Under the pieces are notes generated by a model. It searched no databases, had not been told where the DNA came from, and saw nothing but the letters and a program-made list of their open reading frames with translations. A stretch of DNA of 49,694 bases from a virus (taxonomy: Duplodnaviria > Caudoviricetes), in IMG/VR virus record IMGVR_UViG_3300028274_000012, positions 1-49,694 of that record. One strand, given 5' to 3'. Positions 1 through 9,677 of the stretch are shown here, piece by piece. Position 1 is the first letter of the stretch. Every line of letters starts with the position of its first letter. A program made the position numbers and the translations under genes.

Positions 1-2
1 AC

Positions 3-212
3 TACGGCAATCTGGTCTTTGGCAAAAGGTCTGATGTAATATTAAGGTATGAAGGGCAGGATATAATTAAACACGCAATCACTCATATCCTTGATGATAA
101 TATGGATTTCTGGATGTATGATCCACAAGTGGAAACTTTTGTTTGGAAGTATGGTGAAAAACCGCCTTATTCCAAATATGATGAAATAAGAATTTTAAGG
201 ATGACAGTATGA
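3..212 (+). CDS. 5'-truncated hypothetical protein
   Basis: Open frame from the window edge to TGA at 210-212 (YGNLVFGK...ILRMTV*); its start lies outside the window. Confidence 0.55.
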   Translation, partial: YGNLVFGKRSDVILRYEGQDIIKHAITHILDDNMDFWMYDPQVETFVWKYGEKPPYSKYDEIRILRMTV

Positions 213-282
213 CAGACGATACGAACGTCTGTACGCCGATTGTATAGCTTGATAACTTTAGTTAAATAAAAAGGAGTAAATA

Positions 283-645
283 ATGGCAGGAATAAATAAC
301 TATCCCGGCTTTTTATCCGATATAGTTCAAGGAGATACAAAAGATTTTCGGATTGCTATTACTCTTGAAGGAGTTGCGGTTGATATAACCGGGAGTACGT
401 TTTATCTTACTCTTGATACAGATAAAGTAATTGCAACTGCCCCGGAGTTAGAGGTTACAATAACTTCACTTAGCGACCCAACAAACGGTATTACTACAGG
501 AACAATTACTGACACTGAAACTGCAGCGCTCACAGCCGGGACAATGTATTACTCACTGCGTTATGTTACTGCAGCGGGTAAAACTTACGTACTTGACATG
601 GGTGAAATTACAGTACTTCCAGGAGTCTCTTCAAGGATAGCATAA
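283..645 (+). CDS. tail-associated protein, BppU N-terminal-like Ig fold
   Basis: AAGGAG SD. The pattern QGDT...VDITG...G.ITGTIT.TETA.L.AG..YY.L resembles BppU-like modules. Lies directly upstream of the tail fibre. Confidence 0.55.
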   Translation: MAGINNYPGFLSDIVQGDTKDFRIAITLEGVAVDITGSTFYLTLDTDKVIATAPELEVTITSLSDPTNGITTGTITDTETAALTAGTMYYSLRYVTAAGKTYVLDMGEITVLPGVSSRIA

Positions 646-646
646 T

Positions 647-3600
647 ATGCCAGATTATACTTTTGACATAACTTCTAGTAGCATAGCAGCTAACATAACT
701 GAAGAAACTACAGCAGTTGAAGTAGCTGAAAATGTTTTAGAAGTAAATATAACTGAAAGTACTTTAGCAGCTGGGTTATCTGAAGATACCCTAACAACAA
801 ATATAACCACTGATTCACTGGATGTTATAATTGCTGAAGGGTATACTTTTGCGGTTTCTGGTACAACTTCGCTTAGTCTTGGTACAGTTGGTATTAACAC
901 AGTTGCAATTACGTCTGATGGAGGAGTTGACGATGTAACTCTTCCGGTGGCTACAAACGCTTCCGCAGGGATGGCTTCATCAGCACATATAACTAAACTT
1001 GAAGGTATACCATCTGATGCTACCGCTGATCAAACTTCTATTGTAGGAATATCCGGGACACTTGCGGAGTTTAATACTGCGTTGTCAGATGGGACTTTTG
1101 CAACTGGTGGAGGAACTGTAACAGGTACGAATACTGGGGTGAATACTGGAGATAATACTGTATGTACTTCTGGTACAGCAACAACTGCTACGACACTGGA
1201 AACCCCGAGAACCATTGGAGGAGTAGCATTCGATGGTAGTGCTAATATAAACCTTTCGGGAGTTAATATTATAGGTGATCAAGATACCACTGGAAATGCA
1301 TCCACTGCGACTACCGCAACTACAGTTTCAGACAACGCAATAACGCTAAGTAAGATGGCTTCAGGAACTACCGGGAATCTATTAACTTATGATACTCTTG
1401 GTGATCCAGCTTATGTTACAACCGGGTCAGCAACACAGGTATTAACAAGTAACGGTGTTGGAGCAGCTCCGACATTTCAAACAATTACTGCTTCACACGA
1501 TGTCGTGACTTTGAATACTACGGCGACTAATGGTGGGCTAAGTTTAGATGTTCAGGAGTTAAATTTTCGTGCGGCAACTGATGCTCAAACTGGTTATGCT
1601 ACTGCCGCACATATTCAAGCTATAACAGCAAATACAGCGAAAGTAACTAATTCTACTCATACCGGGGATGTTACTGGGTCAACTACGCTGACAATAGATA
1701 AGACTGCTATTACCGGACAAGATTTAGTAACCGCTTTAGGCACTGATTACGTTGTAATTTCAGATACTACAGATAGTGGAAATTTGAAAAAAGCTTTAAT
1801 TTCAGATGTTGCTAATGCTGGTGGTGAGACTGGTATATATTGGTTACTTGCAATGACCGACTATTGGGCGTCACCAATGACTGATTATTGGGATTCAGTA
1901 ATGGGTATATCAGTGAATGTAGTTTTAGAAGAAGGTGATGTAACTGAAACTACTGTGTCTGTTGTACCGGAAACTGGAACAAGTGCAGTGCTGGCATCGG
2001 CTTCGACTTTAAGAGCGGGTTTACTTTCAAAAGCTAAATTTGATGAGATTGAAGCAAATACTGCAAAGGTTGGTGCTGCAACATCTCTTTCTATGGGAAC
2101 TATTGGAGCGAATACTATAGCGATTACCTCCGATGGTGGAGTGGATGATGTAACTTTACCTGCTGCAACAGTTACTACAGCAGGAGTTGCAACTGCCGCA
2201 CAGATAACAGCTATTAGTCATACTGCCGGGATGGTAAGGGATAATGCTAATCCTTTATTAGGTTTGGATTTACATTCAACTGCTATAACTTCGCATTCAC
2301 TAGTTACTGTTGCGTCTGATGACTATATACTAATATCAGATACTAGTCATTCAGAGGTATTAAAAAAGATTTTAGTTAGCGATATACAAGCTAGTGGAAG
2401 TTTTGAGCTTGTGGATGATACTACTCCGGAGTTAGGTGGAACTTTACAGTTTGGTGCTAATGAGGCTACGGGACTTACCGGAAATAGGATGCTTGAGCAA
2501 TCAGCTGGTTCAGTAGTTTTTGGTTATAATACAGAATTTCCTGGTTATACATTAGTTTTGGGGAATGATTATGGCACAGTTCAATTTGGTGAGTGGATTG
2601 CAAGTGAGTTGTATTTTAGTCATCTTATAGACGATTTTGGAACACTAGGTATATCAGGTAAAAGTCTTAAAAATATTCATACAAGTAAAATAACTTTAGG
2701 TGGAGTAGAACGGTCGACCTGGCCGACAGTTACTGGTGGTCATGATCCGGTGACTTTAGCCGCTTCGGCTTTAGAGGAAGGTTTAGTTCTTTCAACACAG
2801 TCATTATCTTATAATAATCCGGCTAAAATTAAAATTGGTATTATAGGTGACTCACTTGCTGATGCGTTTATACCTTTAGGTTCGTGGGTTACTTACTTTA
2901 AAGCTTATGCAGAGCAGACTGGTGTTCAGATTACAATAGCAAATACGGCTGTTGGTGGGGCTTCTCTTGTAGCTAGATCTGGTACAACAAGTATATTAAC
3001 AACAGATACACATGGTTGGAATGGTGCTGCGGAAACTGATACTCAGTATGAAACTATTGTAGACTTTGCTCCTGATATAGTGTTTATAATAGTAGGTGCT
3101 AATGATACTTTAACACAACCTGCTACGGGGTATAATATAACTACTATAAAAACAGCGTCTAGAACATTAACTGATAGTTTAGATGCTGCGTTACCGGGAG
3201 TTAAATTAGTATACTTATCAGCTATTGGCTATGATAAGTATGATGCTGTATTAAATACTGATGGTGTTTTAATAGCTAATGTAGCTGCTTGGACACAAAA
3301 TAGTATAGTGCCGTATTTAATGGATGGTGTAGCACATCTTAATTTAGACGCTGGTGCATTTAATGTTAGAATAGGTGGTAATATATCACCAAATCCCTTT
3401 TTAACTGATGCTATATCTGTGTTGAATAGATATAATTATACTCAGTGGGATGCGTTAGATACTCACTTTAGAGCAGCTTCTACTGTAGATGCTGTAATAG
3501 ATATAAATATGTGGGATATTTATAGAGCTGGTAGTACATATGATACTGCTCATCCTGGTGAGTTTGGTGCTAGAATGATGGCAGTGCCTGTAGCTCAATG

Positions 3601-4147
3601 GTTTAATCAGTATTTATATGATAATAGTATTATATCTGGTACAGCTTTACATGCATTGTCTAGAGAAATAGCTATGGATGCTACAGCATTTCATCCGGCT
3701 GATGCAATATATGCTACTGATCCACAATCTGTTATGCAATATGGTAATAAGTTTAATGTGAATCTTGTTGGTAAACGAGGTTCTTGGATGTTTCAGGATT
3801 CGGCGTTAGAGTTTTATATTACACCTGATGTTTCTGAACCTAGACATATTGTGTATAGAGTTAAACATGCTTACCCCGGTGCAGAGGTATTAATAGGATT
3901 TGAACCAAGTTCTGCTGTATATGGTGGAGATGCGAATGACTTAGACGCCCAGAAAACACATACTATGTATGTTGATGCTAATGGATATTTTGAAATTTCT
4001 GCTGCGGTTGCTGATATTAGAGTAGCTTTTCCTGCGTATACTACATATGATGCTTGTATAGCAGTACAGGGTTCAACACCTGGTAGCGGTGTACTTAATA
4101 TGTGGAATGTTTATTATGAGCAAGTTACAATATATTTACCTTCATAG
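647..4147 (+). CDS. tail fibre/tailspike with C-terminal SGNH/GDSL esterase domain
   Basis: Thr/Gly/Ala-rich repetitive shaft. SGNH blocks: IIGDSL, NTAVGG, IVGAND, DTAHP. Confidence 0.8.
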   Translation: MPDYTFDITSSSIAANITEETTAVEVAENVLEVNITESTLAAGLSEDTLTTNITTDSLDVIIAEGYTFAVSGTTSLSLGTVGINTVAITSDGGVDDVTLPVATNASAGMASSAHITKLEGIPSDATADQTSIVGISGTLAEFNTALSDGTFATGGGTVTGTNTGVNTGDNTVCTSGTATTATTLETPRTIGGVAFDGSANINLSGVNIIGDQDTTGNASTATTATTVSDNAITLSKMASGTTGNLLTYDTLGDPAYVTTGSATQVLTSNGVGAAPTFQTITASHDVVTLNTTATNGGLSLDVQELNFRAATDAQTGYATAAHIQAITANTAKVTNSTHTGDVTGSTTLTIDKTAITGQDLVTALGTDYVVISDTTDSGNLKKALISDVANAGGETGIYWLLAMTDYWASPMTDYWDSVMGISVNVVLEEGDVTETTVSVVPETGTSAVLASASTLRAGLLSKAKFDEIEANTAKVGAATSLSMGTIGANTIAITSDGGVDDVTLPAATVTTAGVATAAQITAISHTAGMVRDNANPLLGLDLHSTAITSHSLVTVASDDYILISDTSHSEVLKKILVSDIQASGSFELVDDTTPELGGTLQFGANEATGLTGNRMLEQSAGSVVFGYNTEFPGYTLVLGNDYGTVQFGEWIASELYFSHLIDDFGTLGISGKSLKNIHTSKITLGGVERSTWPTVTGGHDPVTLAASALEEGLVLSTQSLSYNNPAKIKIGIIGDSLADAFIPLGSWVTYFKAYAEQTGVQITIANTAVGGASLVARSGTTSILTTDTHGWNGAAETDTQYETIVDFAPDIVFIIVGANDTLTQPATGYNITTIKTASRTLTDSLDAALPGVKLVYLSAIGYDKYDAVLNTDGVLIANVAAWTQNSIVPYLMDGVAHLNLDAGAFNVRIGGNISPNPFLTDAISVLNRYNYTQWDALDTHFRAASTVDAVIDINMWDIYRAGSTYDTAHPGEFGARMMAVPVAQWFNQYLYDNSIISGTALHALSREIAMDATAFHPADAIYATDPQSVMQYGNKFNVNLVGKRGSWMFQDSALEFYITPDVSEPRHIVYRVKHAYPGAEVLIGFEPSSAVYGGDANDLDAQKTHTMYVDANGYFEISAAVADIRVAFPAYTTYDACIAVQGSTPGSGVLNMWNVYYEQVTIYLPS

Positions 4148-4178
4148 AAATTTAACTTTCTAAATACGGAGCAATAAA

Positions 4179-4532
4179 ATGGCAACTGTAAAAGGAACTG
4201 ATCGCAGACAAAAGAGTATCTTTAATTATTTAGTACTTGCTTTATTTGCCGCATACGCAGCTCTTTATGCACAGCAAAATATGGTTATTGCGGATCAGAA
4301 AGATGATTTTAAAGCTGAACAGGTTAAAATCGAACAAAAATTAGCTGAAAAAGTTGATAATAAGGTTTTAAGTGAAATGATAAAAGCAATTCATATTCAA
4401 CAATCAATTGATAATGAACAGTGGAAAGAACAAAAAGTTACTAATGATAAAGTACTTGAGAATCTTCAAGAACTTAATATTAATGTAATTAGGTTAAATG
4501 ATAAGCTAGAAATGGAAAATAAAATTAAATGA
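4179..4532 (+). CDS. membrane-anchored coiled-coil protein in lysis cassette
   Basis: One N-terminal hydrophobic helix followed by a coiled coil; overlaps the endolysin start. Confidence 0.55.
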   Translation: MATVKGTDRRQKSIFNYLVLALFAAYAALYAQQNMVIADQKDDFKAEQVKIEQKLAEKVDNKVLSEMIKAIHIQQSIDNEQWKEQKVTNDKVLENLQELNINVIRLNDKLEMENKIK

Positions 4533-4876
4533 AACTCTCTGAAAAACAACAGGTATTTACGGTTTGTATAGGGAAGCTGATTTTATTCGCTTGTGATAAA
4601 GGTTATGGTTTAACACAAGGTGATGGATATAGGGATAAAAGAGTTTTTGGAGATTTTGGAGAAAAAAGAAGTTACTCAGCAGCAAAGAGTGTACATAAGA
4701 TTCGTCTTGCACATGACTTTAATTTATTTATAGATAATGAATATATCTCAAACGGTGGGCATTTAGCATGGTTAGAACTTGGGGAATACTGGGAAACTTT
4801 GCACTCAGATGCCCGGTGGGGTGGAAGATTTGATGACGCTAACCACTTTAGTTTTGAACATTGGGGGTGTAAGTAA
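4529..4876 (+). CDS. endolysin, peptidase M15 family (L-Ala-D-Glu peptidase-like)
   Basis: Motifs GDGYR, SVH..RLAHD and WGGRF.DANHFS (Zn ligands H, D, H). Confidence 0.85.
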   Translation: MKLSEKQQVFTVCIGKLILFACDKGYGLTQGDGYRDKRVFGDFGEKRSYSAAKSVHKIRLAHDFNLFIDNEYISNGGHLAWLELGEYWETLHSDARWGGRFDDANHFSFEHWGCK

Positions 4877-5319
4877 TGTTTGGAATAGGAACAGTTTTAG
4901 GAAAGGTTTTTGGTACCGATAAAGCAGCAGCTTCTTTAATAAACAACGTATCGTCTGGACTTGACAAGCTTGTTTATACCAGTGAAGAAAAAGCAGAAGA
5001 TCAAGCAAAGGCTATTACGGAAGCTAGAACAATGCTTGTTAACTGGATGGATGCGACTAAAGGACAGAATTTAGCAAGAAGACTTATTGCTTTAAGTATT
5101 GTATCTATTTGGTTATTTCAGTATATTGCTTGTATGTTTTTAAATGTTGTAGCTATTTGGGTAGCAAATTCAGATAAACTTATAGAGTCTGCAAATATTA
5201 TTGGTGGGTATGCGGAGAAGATGAATGGAGCGGTTATGCTTATTCTTGGTTTTTATTTTGCTGCCCCGTATATGGGTAAAATGGTAGATGGTGCAATGGC
5301 TAAGTTTAGTGGAAAATAA
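4876..5319 (+). CDS. putative holin
   Basis: Follows the endolysin. Amphipathic N-terminus plus hydrophobic segments ending in ILGFYF, resembling the GTA/3TM holin type. Confidence 0.65.
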   Translation: MFGIGTVLGKVFGTDKAAASLINNVSSGLDKLVYTSEEKAEDQAKAITEARTMLVNWMDATKGQNLARRLIALSIVSIWLFQYIACMFLNVVAIWVANSDKLIESANIIGGYAEKMNGAVMLILGFYFAAPYMGKMVDGAMAKFSGK

Positions 5320-5354
5320 ATGGAACTGAATACTGAAATAAATTTGTTTTGTAT

Positions 5355-5436
5355 AGGGGATAGGGTAGCTCCTGAATTTCGACTATCTTCGGTCGATTTC
5401 CCCTTATTAACCACGAAGAGTATTAGGAGAAATACT
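5355..5436 (+). promoter_or_regulatory. structured 5' leader: three-way junction, pseudoknot and SD-loop hairpin (copy 1)
   Basis: P1 AGGGGA/TCCCCT; P2 AGGG/TCCT; P3 TCGAC/GTCGA. Loop TCTTCG pairs with CGAAGA (5414-5419). AGTATT/AATACT encloses AGGAGA directly before ATG 5437. Confidence 0.65.
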
Positions 5437-5919
5437 ATGAAAGAGATAAAATTAACGCAAGGTAAGATAGCTAAAGTGGACGATAAAAATTATGAAAAAC
5501 TTATGCAGTATACCTGGGCTGCAGATCAGCATAGACAAAGATGGTATGCTGTAACTAATGTATTAAATGCTGGTAAGTGGACTAAACTATACATGCATAG
5601 ATTTATTATGAAACCTATTGATGAGGAAGAAGTAGATCATAAAGATAGAGATGGTCTTAATAATCAAGAATATAATATGAGAAATTGTAGTAGATCAATA
5701 AATGCTCAGAATCAAATAAGTAAAGATAGATTTCGTGGTGTATATGTTGATAAAAGAGATAATAGAATTTTTAGTTCTATTTGTGTGAATTATAAAAATA
5801 TTTCTCTTGGAAGATTTGGTACAAGAAAAGAAGCGGCACTAGCCTATAATGCGGCTGCTTTAAAGTATTTTGGTGAAAATGCTGCAATTAATTCTATGGA
5901 CGAAGAAAATAATGGATAA
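5437..5919 (+). CDS. HNH endonuclease with C-terminal AP2 DNA-binding domain (free-standing homing type)
   Basis: MKEIKLTQGK.A.VD N-terminus, MHRFIM...VDHKDRDGLNN...N, AP2-like FRGV...LGRF.T..EAA.AYN.AA..YFG. The AGGAG SD favours start 5437 over 5320. Confidence 0.88.
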   Translation: MKEIKLTQGKIAKVDDKNYEKLMQYTWAADQHRQRWYAVTNVLNAGKWTKLYMHRFIMKPIDEEEVDHKDRDGLNNQEYNMRNCSRSINAQNQISKDRFRGVYVDKRDNRIFSSICVNYKNISLGRFGTRKEAALAYNAAALKYFGENAAINSMDEENNG

Positions 5920-7381
5920 TGATCTTAATAAAACAGTTTTAGCGAAGCTTACTGAGTGGAAGAAAAGTGCTCTTACATTTGCAGTTGAGTGTATTAAAGT
6001 TACCCCTTCGACTCAGCAAATTGAACTTCTTCAAGCTATTTCAAACGAGAAAAGAGTTTCTGTACGAAGTGGTCATGGAGTTGGTAAAGATGCAAGTGCT
6101 TCGTGGATTGTACTGTGGTTTCTGGTTACCAGGCCTTATGCGAAAGTGGTTGTAACTGCACCGACAAATAGGCAGCTTAGAGATATATTTCTTTCTGAAA
6201 TATCTAAGTGGTTACGTCAATCTACTGTAGCGGATGAATTTATAGTTAGAAAAGACTCTATTCAACATAAAGAAGCTCCGAAAGAATATTGGATGCGGCT
6301 GATTTCTCCTTCTATTCGGGCTACAAAAGAAGAGCAGGGTGAAACTTTAGCTGGTTTACATGGCGATCACTTATTGATAGTCTGTGATGAGGCGAGTGGT
6401 ATTCCTGATCCAACTTACATACCTTTGGAGGGTGCAATTACTCAGCCTGATAATAAAGTACTTTTAATTGGTAATATGACTAAGAACTTTGGTTATTTCT
6501 ACGATACACATTTTCATGCTGAAATAAAAAAGCAGTGGAGAAAGTTTCATTGGGATTCAAGAAATTCCACAAACGTTGATCCAAGTATGCCTGAATACTT
6601 TGCTATGAAATATGGTCTTGATTCGAATGTGTTTAGGATTAGGGTTGAGGGAAATCCCCCGCTTCAGGATGAAAATACGCTTATACCGCTTTGGTCTGCA
6701 CAGCAATGTATTGGGCAACAGTTTGAAGTTGCTGAAGATGAGCCCCTTTACCTTGGTGTGGATGTAGCTAGATATGGTGATGATTGTTCTATTATTTTAC
6801 CGAGAAAAGGCTTACGAATTGATCCTTGGGAGACGTTTAGAAAGTTAAATACAATAGATCTTGGTGGGTTTATTAACCAGACTTATCAAGAGTTGAAAGC
6901 TGACGGGATTGGGATTGATTCTATTGGTGTTGGAGCCGGGGTTGCTGATTGGCTTGAGAAACGTAAGTTGAAGAATCTTTATCAAGTAAATGTAACTATG
7001 GCTTCAAGTAATATTGCAAAGTTTCATAAACTTCGGGATGAGCTTTGGTGTAGAGTTAGAGATAATTGTTTACTTGGAAAATATTCATTTCCTGATGTTA
7101 AGGTTAGTGGAGAGCCAGAAAGTCTTGGGCATCAGCTTGCAAATGAGCTTGCTACAGTTAGATATAGTTTTAATGCTCACGGCGGGTATGTTATAGAATC
7201 TAAAAAAGATTTAAAGACTAGAGGAATTGATAGTCCAAATATTGCTGATGCACTTTGTATTACAGAGTATTTTTCAAACGACAGCACAAGAGTGTTTGCT
7301 AAAGATAAGGAAAAATATTACTCGGAGTTTGGAAAGTATAGAGATTATCATAGTAGTGAATCTGCTTGGATGGGGAGTTAA
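5912..7381 (+). CDS. terL: terminase large subunit
   Basis: Walker A SGHGVGKD, Walker B IVCDEASG, coupling motif IGN, RNase H-like GVDVARYGDD and SPNIADAL. ATG 5912 is preferred to GTG 5870. Confidence 0.93.
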   Translation: MDNDLNKTVLAKLTEWKKSALTFAVECIKVTPSTQQIELLQAISNEKRVSVRSGHGVGKDASASWIVLWFLVTRPYAKVVVTAPTNRQLRDIFLSEISKWLRQSTVADEFIVRKDSIQHKEAPKEYWMRLISPSIRATKEEQGETLAGLHGDHLLIVCDEASGIPDPTYIPLEGAITQPDNKVLLIGNMTKNFGYFYDTHFHAEIKKQWRKFHWDSRNSTNVDPSMPEYFAMKYGLDSNVFRIRVEGNPPLQDENTLIPLWSAQQCIGQQFEVAEDEPLYLGVDVARYGDDCSIILPRKGLRIDPWETFRKLNTIDLGGFINQTYQELKADGIGIDSIGVGAGVADWLEKRKLKNLYQVNVTMASSNIAKFHKLRDELWCRVRDNCLLGKYSFPDVKVSGEPESLGHQLANELATVRYSFNAHGGYVIESKKDLKTRGIDSPNIADALCITEYFSNDSTRVFAKDKEKYYSEFGKYRDYHSSESAWMGS

Positions 7382-7387
7382 GGGAAA

Positions 7388-7579
7388 ATGGAAATAGTTA
7401 AGTATAATGAAAAGAAAAAAGTTTTATCTATGAAATTTAACACTGACGTTATATGGAAGTACAATGGTGTAGATAAAAAAGCGTATGATAAGCTTATATC
7501 TGCGAAGTCATTAGAAAAAGCTGTTAAAGATTTACTACATAAACCACTTATAGTTGGTACACATAAAGAGGTAAAATGA
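7388..7579 (+). CDS. KTSC-domain-like small protein
   Basis: Pattern Y......L...F.....W.Y.GV....Y..L..A.S resembles KTSC. Confidence 0.5.
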   Translation: MEIVKYNEKKKVLSMKFNTDVIWKYNGVDKKAYDKLISAKSLEKAVKDLLHKPLIVGTHKEVK

Positions 7580-9600
7580 TGAGCTCACAAGCGGATAGAA
7601 AAATTCTTAAAGAGGTCCAAGATAGGTTTACAAAAGCTGTTGATGAAGATGAAGAGAATAATCGACTTGCTCTTGATGATCTTAATTTTGTTGGTGTAGA
7701 TGGAGCTCAGTGGCCTGAAGAAGTAAAAGCTATGCGTACGGCTGATGGAAGACCTTGTTTAACTATTGATAAAATGTCCTCATTTATTGATCAGGTTGTT
7801 GGTGATCAGCGAATGAATAGGCCGTCTATTAAGGTTATTCCAGTAGATTCTAAAGGTGACCCCGAGGTTGCTAGGATTCTTGGTGGCTGGATTAAACATG
7901 TGCAGCATGTTTCGAAAGCGGATATAGCAATAGATCATGGCTTTGAACACGCAGTTACTTGTGGTGTCGGGGCTATGCGGGTTGTGACTAAATATATAAA
8001 TGATACTTCTTTTGACCAAGATGCTTATATTGAAAAGGTGGATAATGCGTTAGCTATTTATTGGGGTAAACATCTTGAGTATGATTGTTCAGACGCTAAA
8101 TATTGTATTGTTGTTTCTGATATGGATAGAGATGAGTATAAAGAAAAATATAATAAAGAACCGATGGAGTTTAATACAGTTAGTAACGAATATGTTGCTG
8201 GTTGGTGTACAAAAGATACTGTTAGACTGGTAGAGTACTTTGTAAAAGAACCCCGGAAACAGGTTATTTATTTGCTTGATGATGATAGGGTTGTGAGTAA
8301 GCTGGAAGAGGGTGATGTGGTAAGTCAGAAAAGACATATAGAATCTTATGATATTATGTGGTATCTTGTTTCAGGTAATGAAGTGCTTGAGAAGAAAAAA
8401 TGGGTAGGAAAGAAGTATATTCCTATTATTCCTATTTGGGGTAAAGAGTTAAACGTAGGTGGAAAGGTTAAAAGACGGGGTTTGATTAGAAAAGCTAAAG
8501 ATGCTCAGCGTATGTATAATTATTGGAGCTCTACAGACACTGAAATAGCTACATTGCAACCAAAAGTTCCTTATCTTGTTACTCCGAAACAGATATCTGG
8601 ACACGAGTCACAGTGGAATGAAGCACAGAGAAAGAATTATCCTTATCTGCTGGTTAACTTTGATGAGAAAGCACCGGGGTGGCCTAAGAGAGAAGTACCC
8701 CCGCAGGCTTCTAGTGCAATGATTGAGAGGATTCAGACCACTGACCAGGAAATGCGTGATACAGTTGGGTTGCAGAAAGCAAGCCTTGGTATGCAAAGTA
8801 ATGAAAGATCTGGAAAGGCTATTATAGAAAGGAAAAAAGAAGGTGATGTGGGGACTTTTTCTTTTGTGGATAATTTAGCTCGGTCTATTCAACAACTTGG
8901 TAGAGTACTTGTGGATATGGCTCCGGGGTTGCTTGATACAGAAAGAGTCATACGACTTGGTCTGGATAATGGGGAGCAAGAGTTTGTTGGTGTAAATCAA
9001 GAAGTAGAAGAGTCTGGAATTAAGCAAATTTTAAATGACACATCTGTAGGTACATATGATGTAGTAGTTACTGTTGGCCCAAGTTTTACTACACAAAGAA
9101 CAGAAGCCCGGCAGTCTATGTCAGAGTTCATTCAGTACTACCCACAAGCTGCTCCAATTATTGGTGACTTGTTTGCGAAAGCTATGGACTGGCCTGGAGC
9201 GGAGGAAGTTTCAGAGCGGCTTGAGTTTCTACTTCCACCCGAGGTTAAAGAAGCTAAAGCAGCTAAAGATGCTAAACAAAGTGGTGAGGCGCCTCCTCCA
9301 CCTACACCACCTCCTCCGCTCTCACCTGAAGATCAGCTTGCTATAGAAAATGGGAAGATTAAGCTCCAAGAAGGTCAGTTGAAATTACAGGCTGGGCAGG
9401 TTAAACTTCAAGAGGGAAATTTAGCACTTGAAGAACAAAAAGTTGCACTTGAAGAAGAAAAGGTTAAACTTGCTCAAGCGGAAGTAAAACTTATACAGAT
9501 ACGACAAGAGACGAAAATGAAAGCTGTTGATTTTATTGAAGGGAGGAAAGAGAAAAAAGAAGAAACAGCTAAGATTGAAAAGACTAAGATTGAAAAGTGA
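7576..9600 (+). CDS. portal protein, P22 gp1-like
   Basis: GAQWP...R...GRPCLTID, QVVGDQR.NRP, KDAQRMYNYW, SGKAI..R, G.YDV.V..GPSF.TQR; C-terminal coiled-coil barrel. Confidence 0.93.
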   Translation: MMSSQADRKILKEVQDRFTKAVDEDEENNRLALDDLNFVGVDGAQWPEEVKAMRTADGRPCLTIDKMSSFIDQVVGDQRMNRPSIKVIPVDSKGDPEVARILGGWIKHVQHVSKADIAIDHGFEHAVTCGVGAMRVVTKYINDTSFDQDAYIEKVDNALAIYWGKHLEYDCSDAKYCIVVSDMDRDEYKEKYNKEPMEFNTVSNEYVAGWCTKDTVRLVEYFVKEPRKQVIYLLDDDRVVSKLEEGDVVSQKRHIESYDIMWYLVSGNEVLEKKKWVGKKYIPIIPIWGKELNVGGKVKRRGLIRKAKDAQRMYNYWSSTDTEIATLQPKVPYLVTPKQISGHESQWNEAQRKNYPYLLVNFDEKAPGWPKREVPPQASSAMIERIQTTDQEMRDTVGLQKASLGMQSNERSGKAIIERKKEGDVGTFSFVDNLARSIQQLGRVLVDMAPGLLDTERVIRLGLDNGEQEFVGVNQEVEESGIKQILNDTSVGTYDVVVTVGPSFTTQRTEARQSMSEFIQYYPQAAPIIGDLFAKAMDWPGAEEVSERLEFLLPPEVKEAKAAKDAKQSGEAPPPPTPPPPLSPEDQLAIENGKIKLQEGQLKLQAGQVKLQEGNLALEEQKVALEEEKVKLAQAEVKLIQIRQETKMKAVDFIEGRKEKKEETAKIEKTKIEK

Positions 9601-9605
9601 AGTAA

Positions 9606-9624
9606 GAAAGGTCAAATTTTGACC
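9606..9624 (+). repeat. polar palindrome GAAASGTCAA-N3-TTGACC, copy 1 (intergenic)
   Basis: GAAAGGTCAAATTTTGACC. Confidence 0.85.
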
Positions 9625-9677
9625 AATTAACCCAACAAGTAGCTAAGCTGCTTGCAACAAGTCAAAGGAGACTTGCA

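Noticed and set aside
647-4147. Diversity-generating retroelement acting on the tail fibre
   Set aside because: No reverse transcriptase, and the internal repeats differ at all base types rather than only at adenines.
5320-5929. Group I intron carrying the HNH inside terL
   Set aside because: No P/Q/R/S core or terminal G at a plausible 3' splice site was seen, the non-coding part is too short, and terL has its own start.
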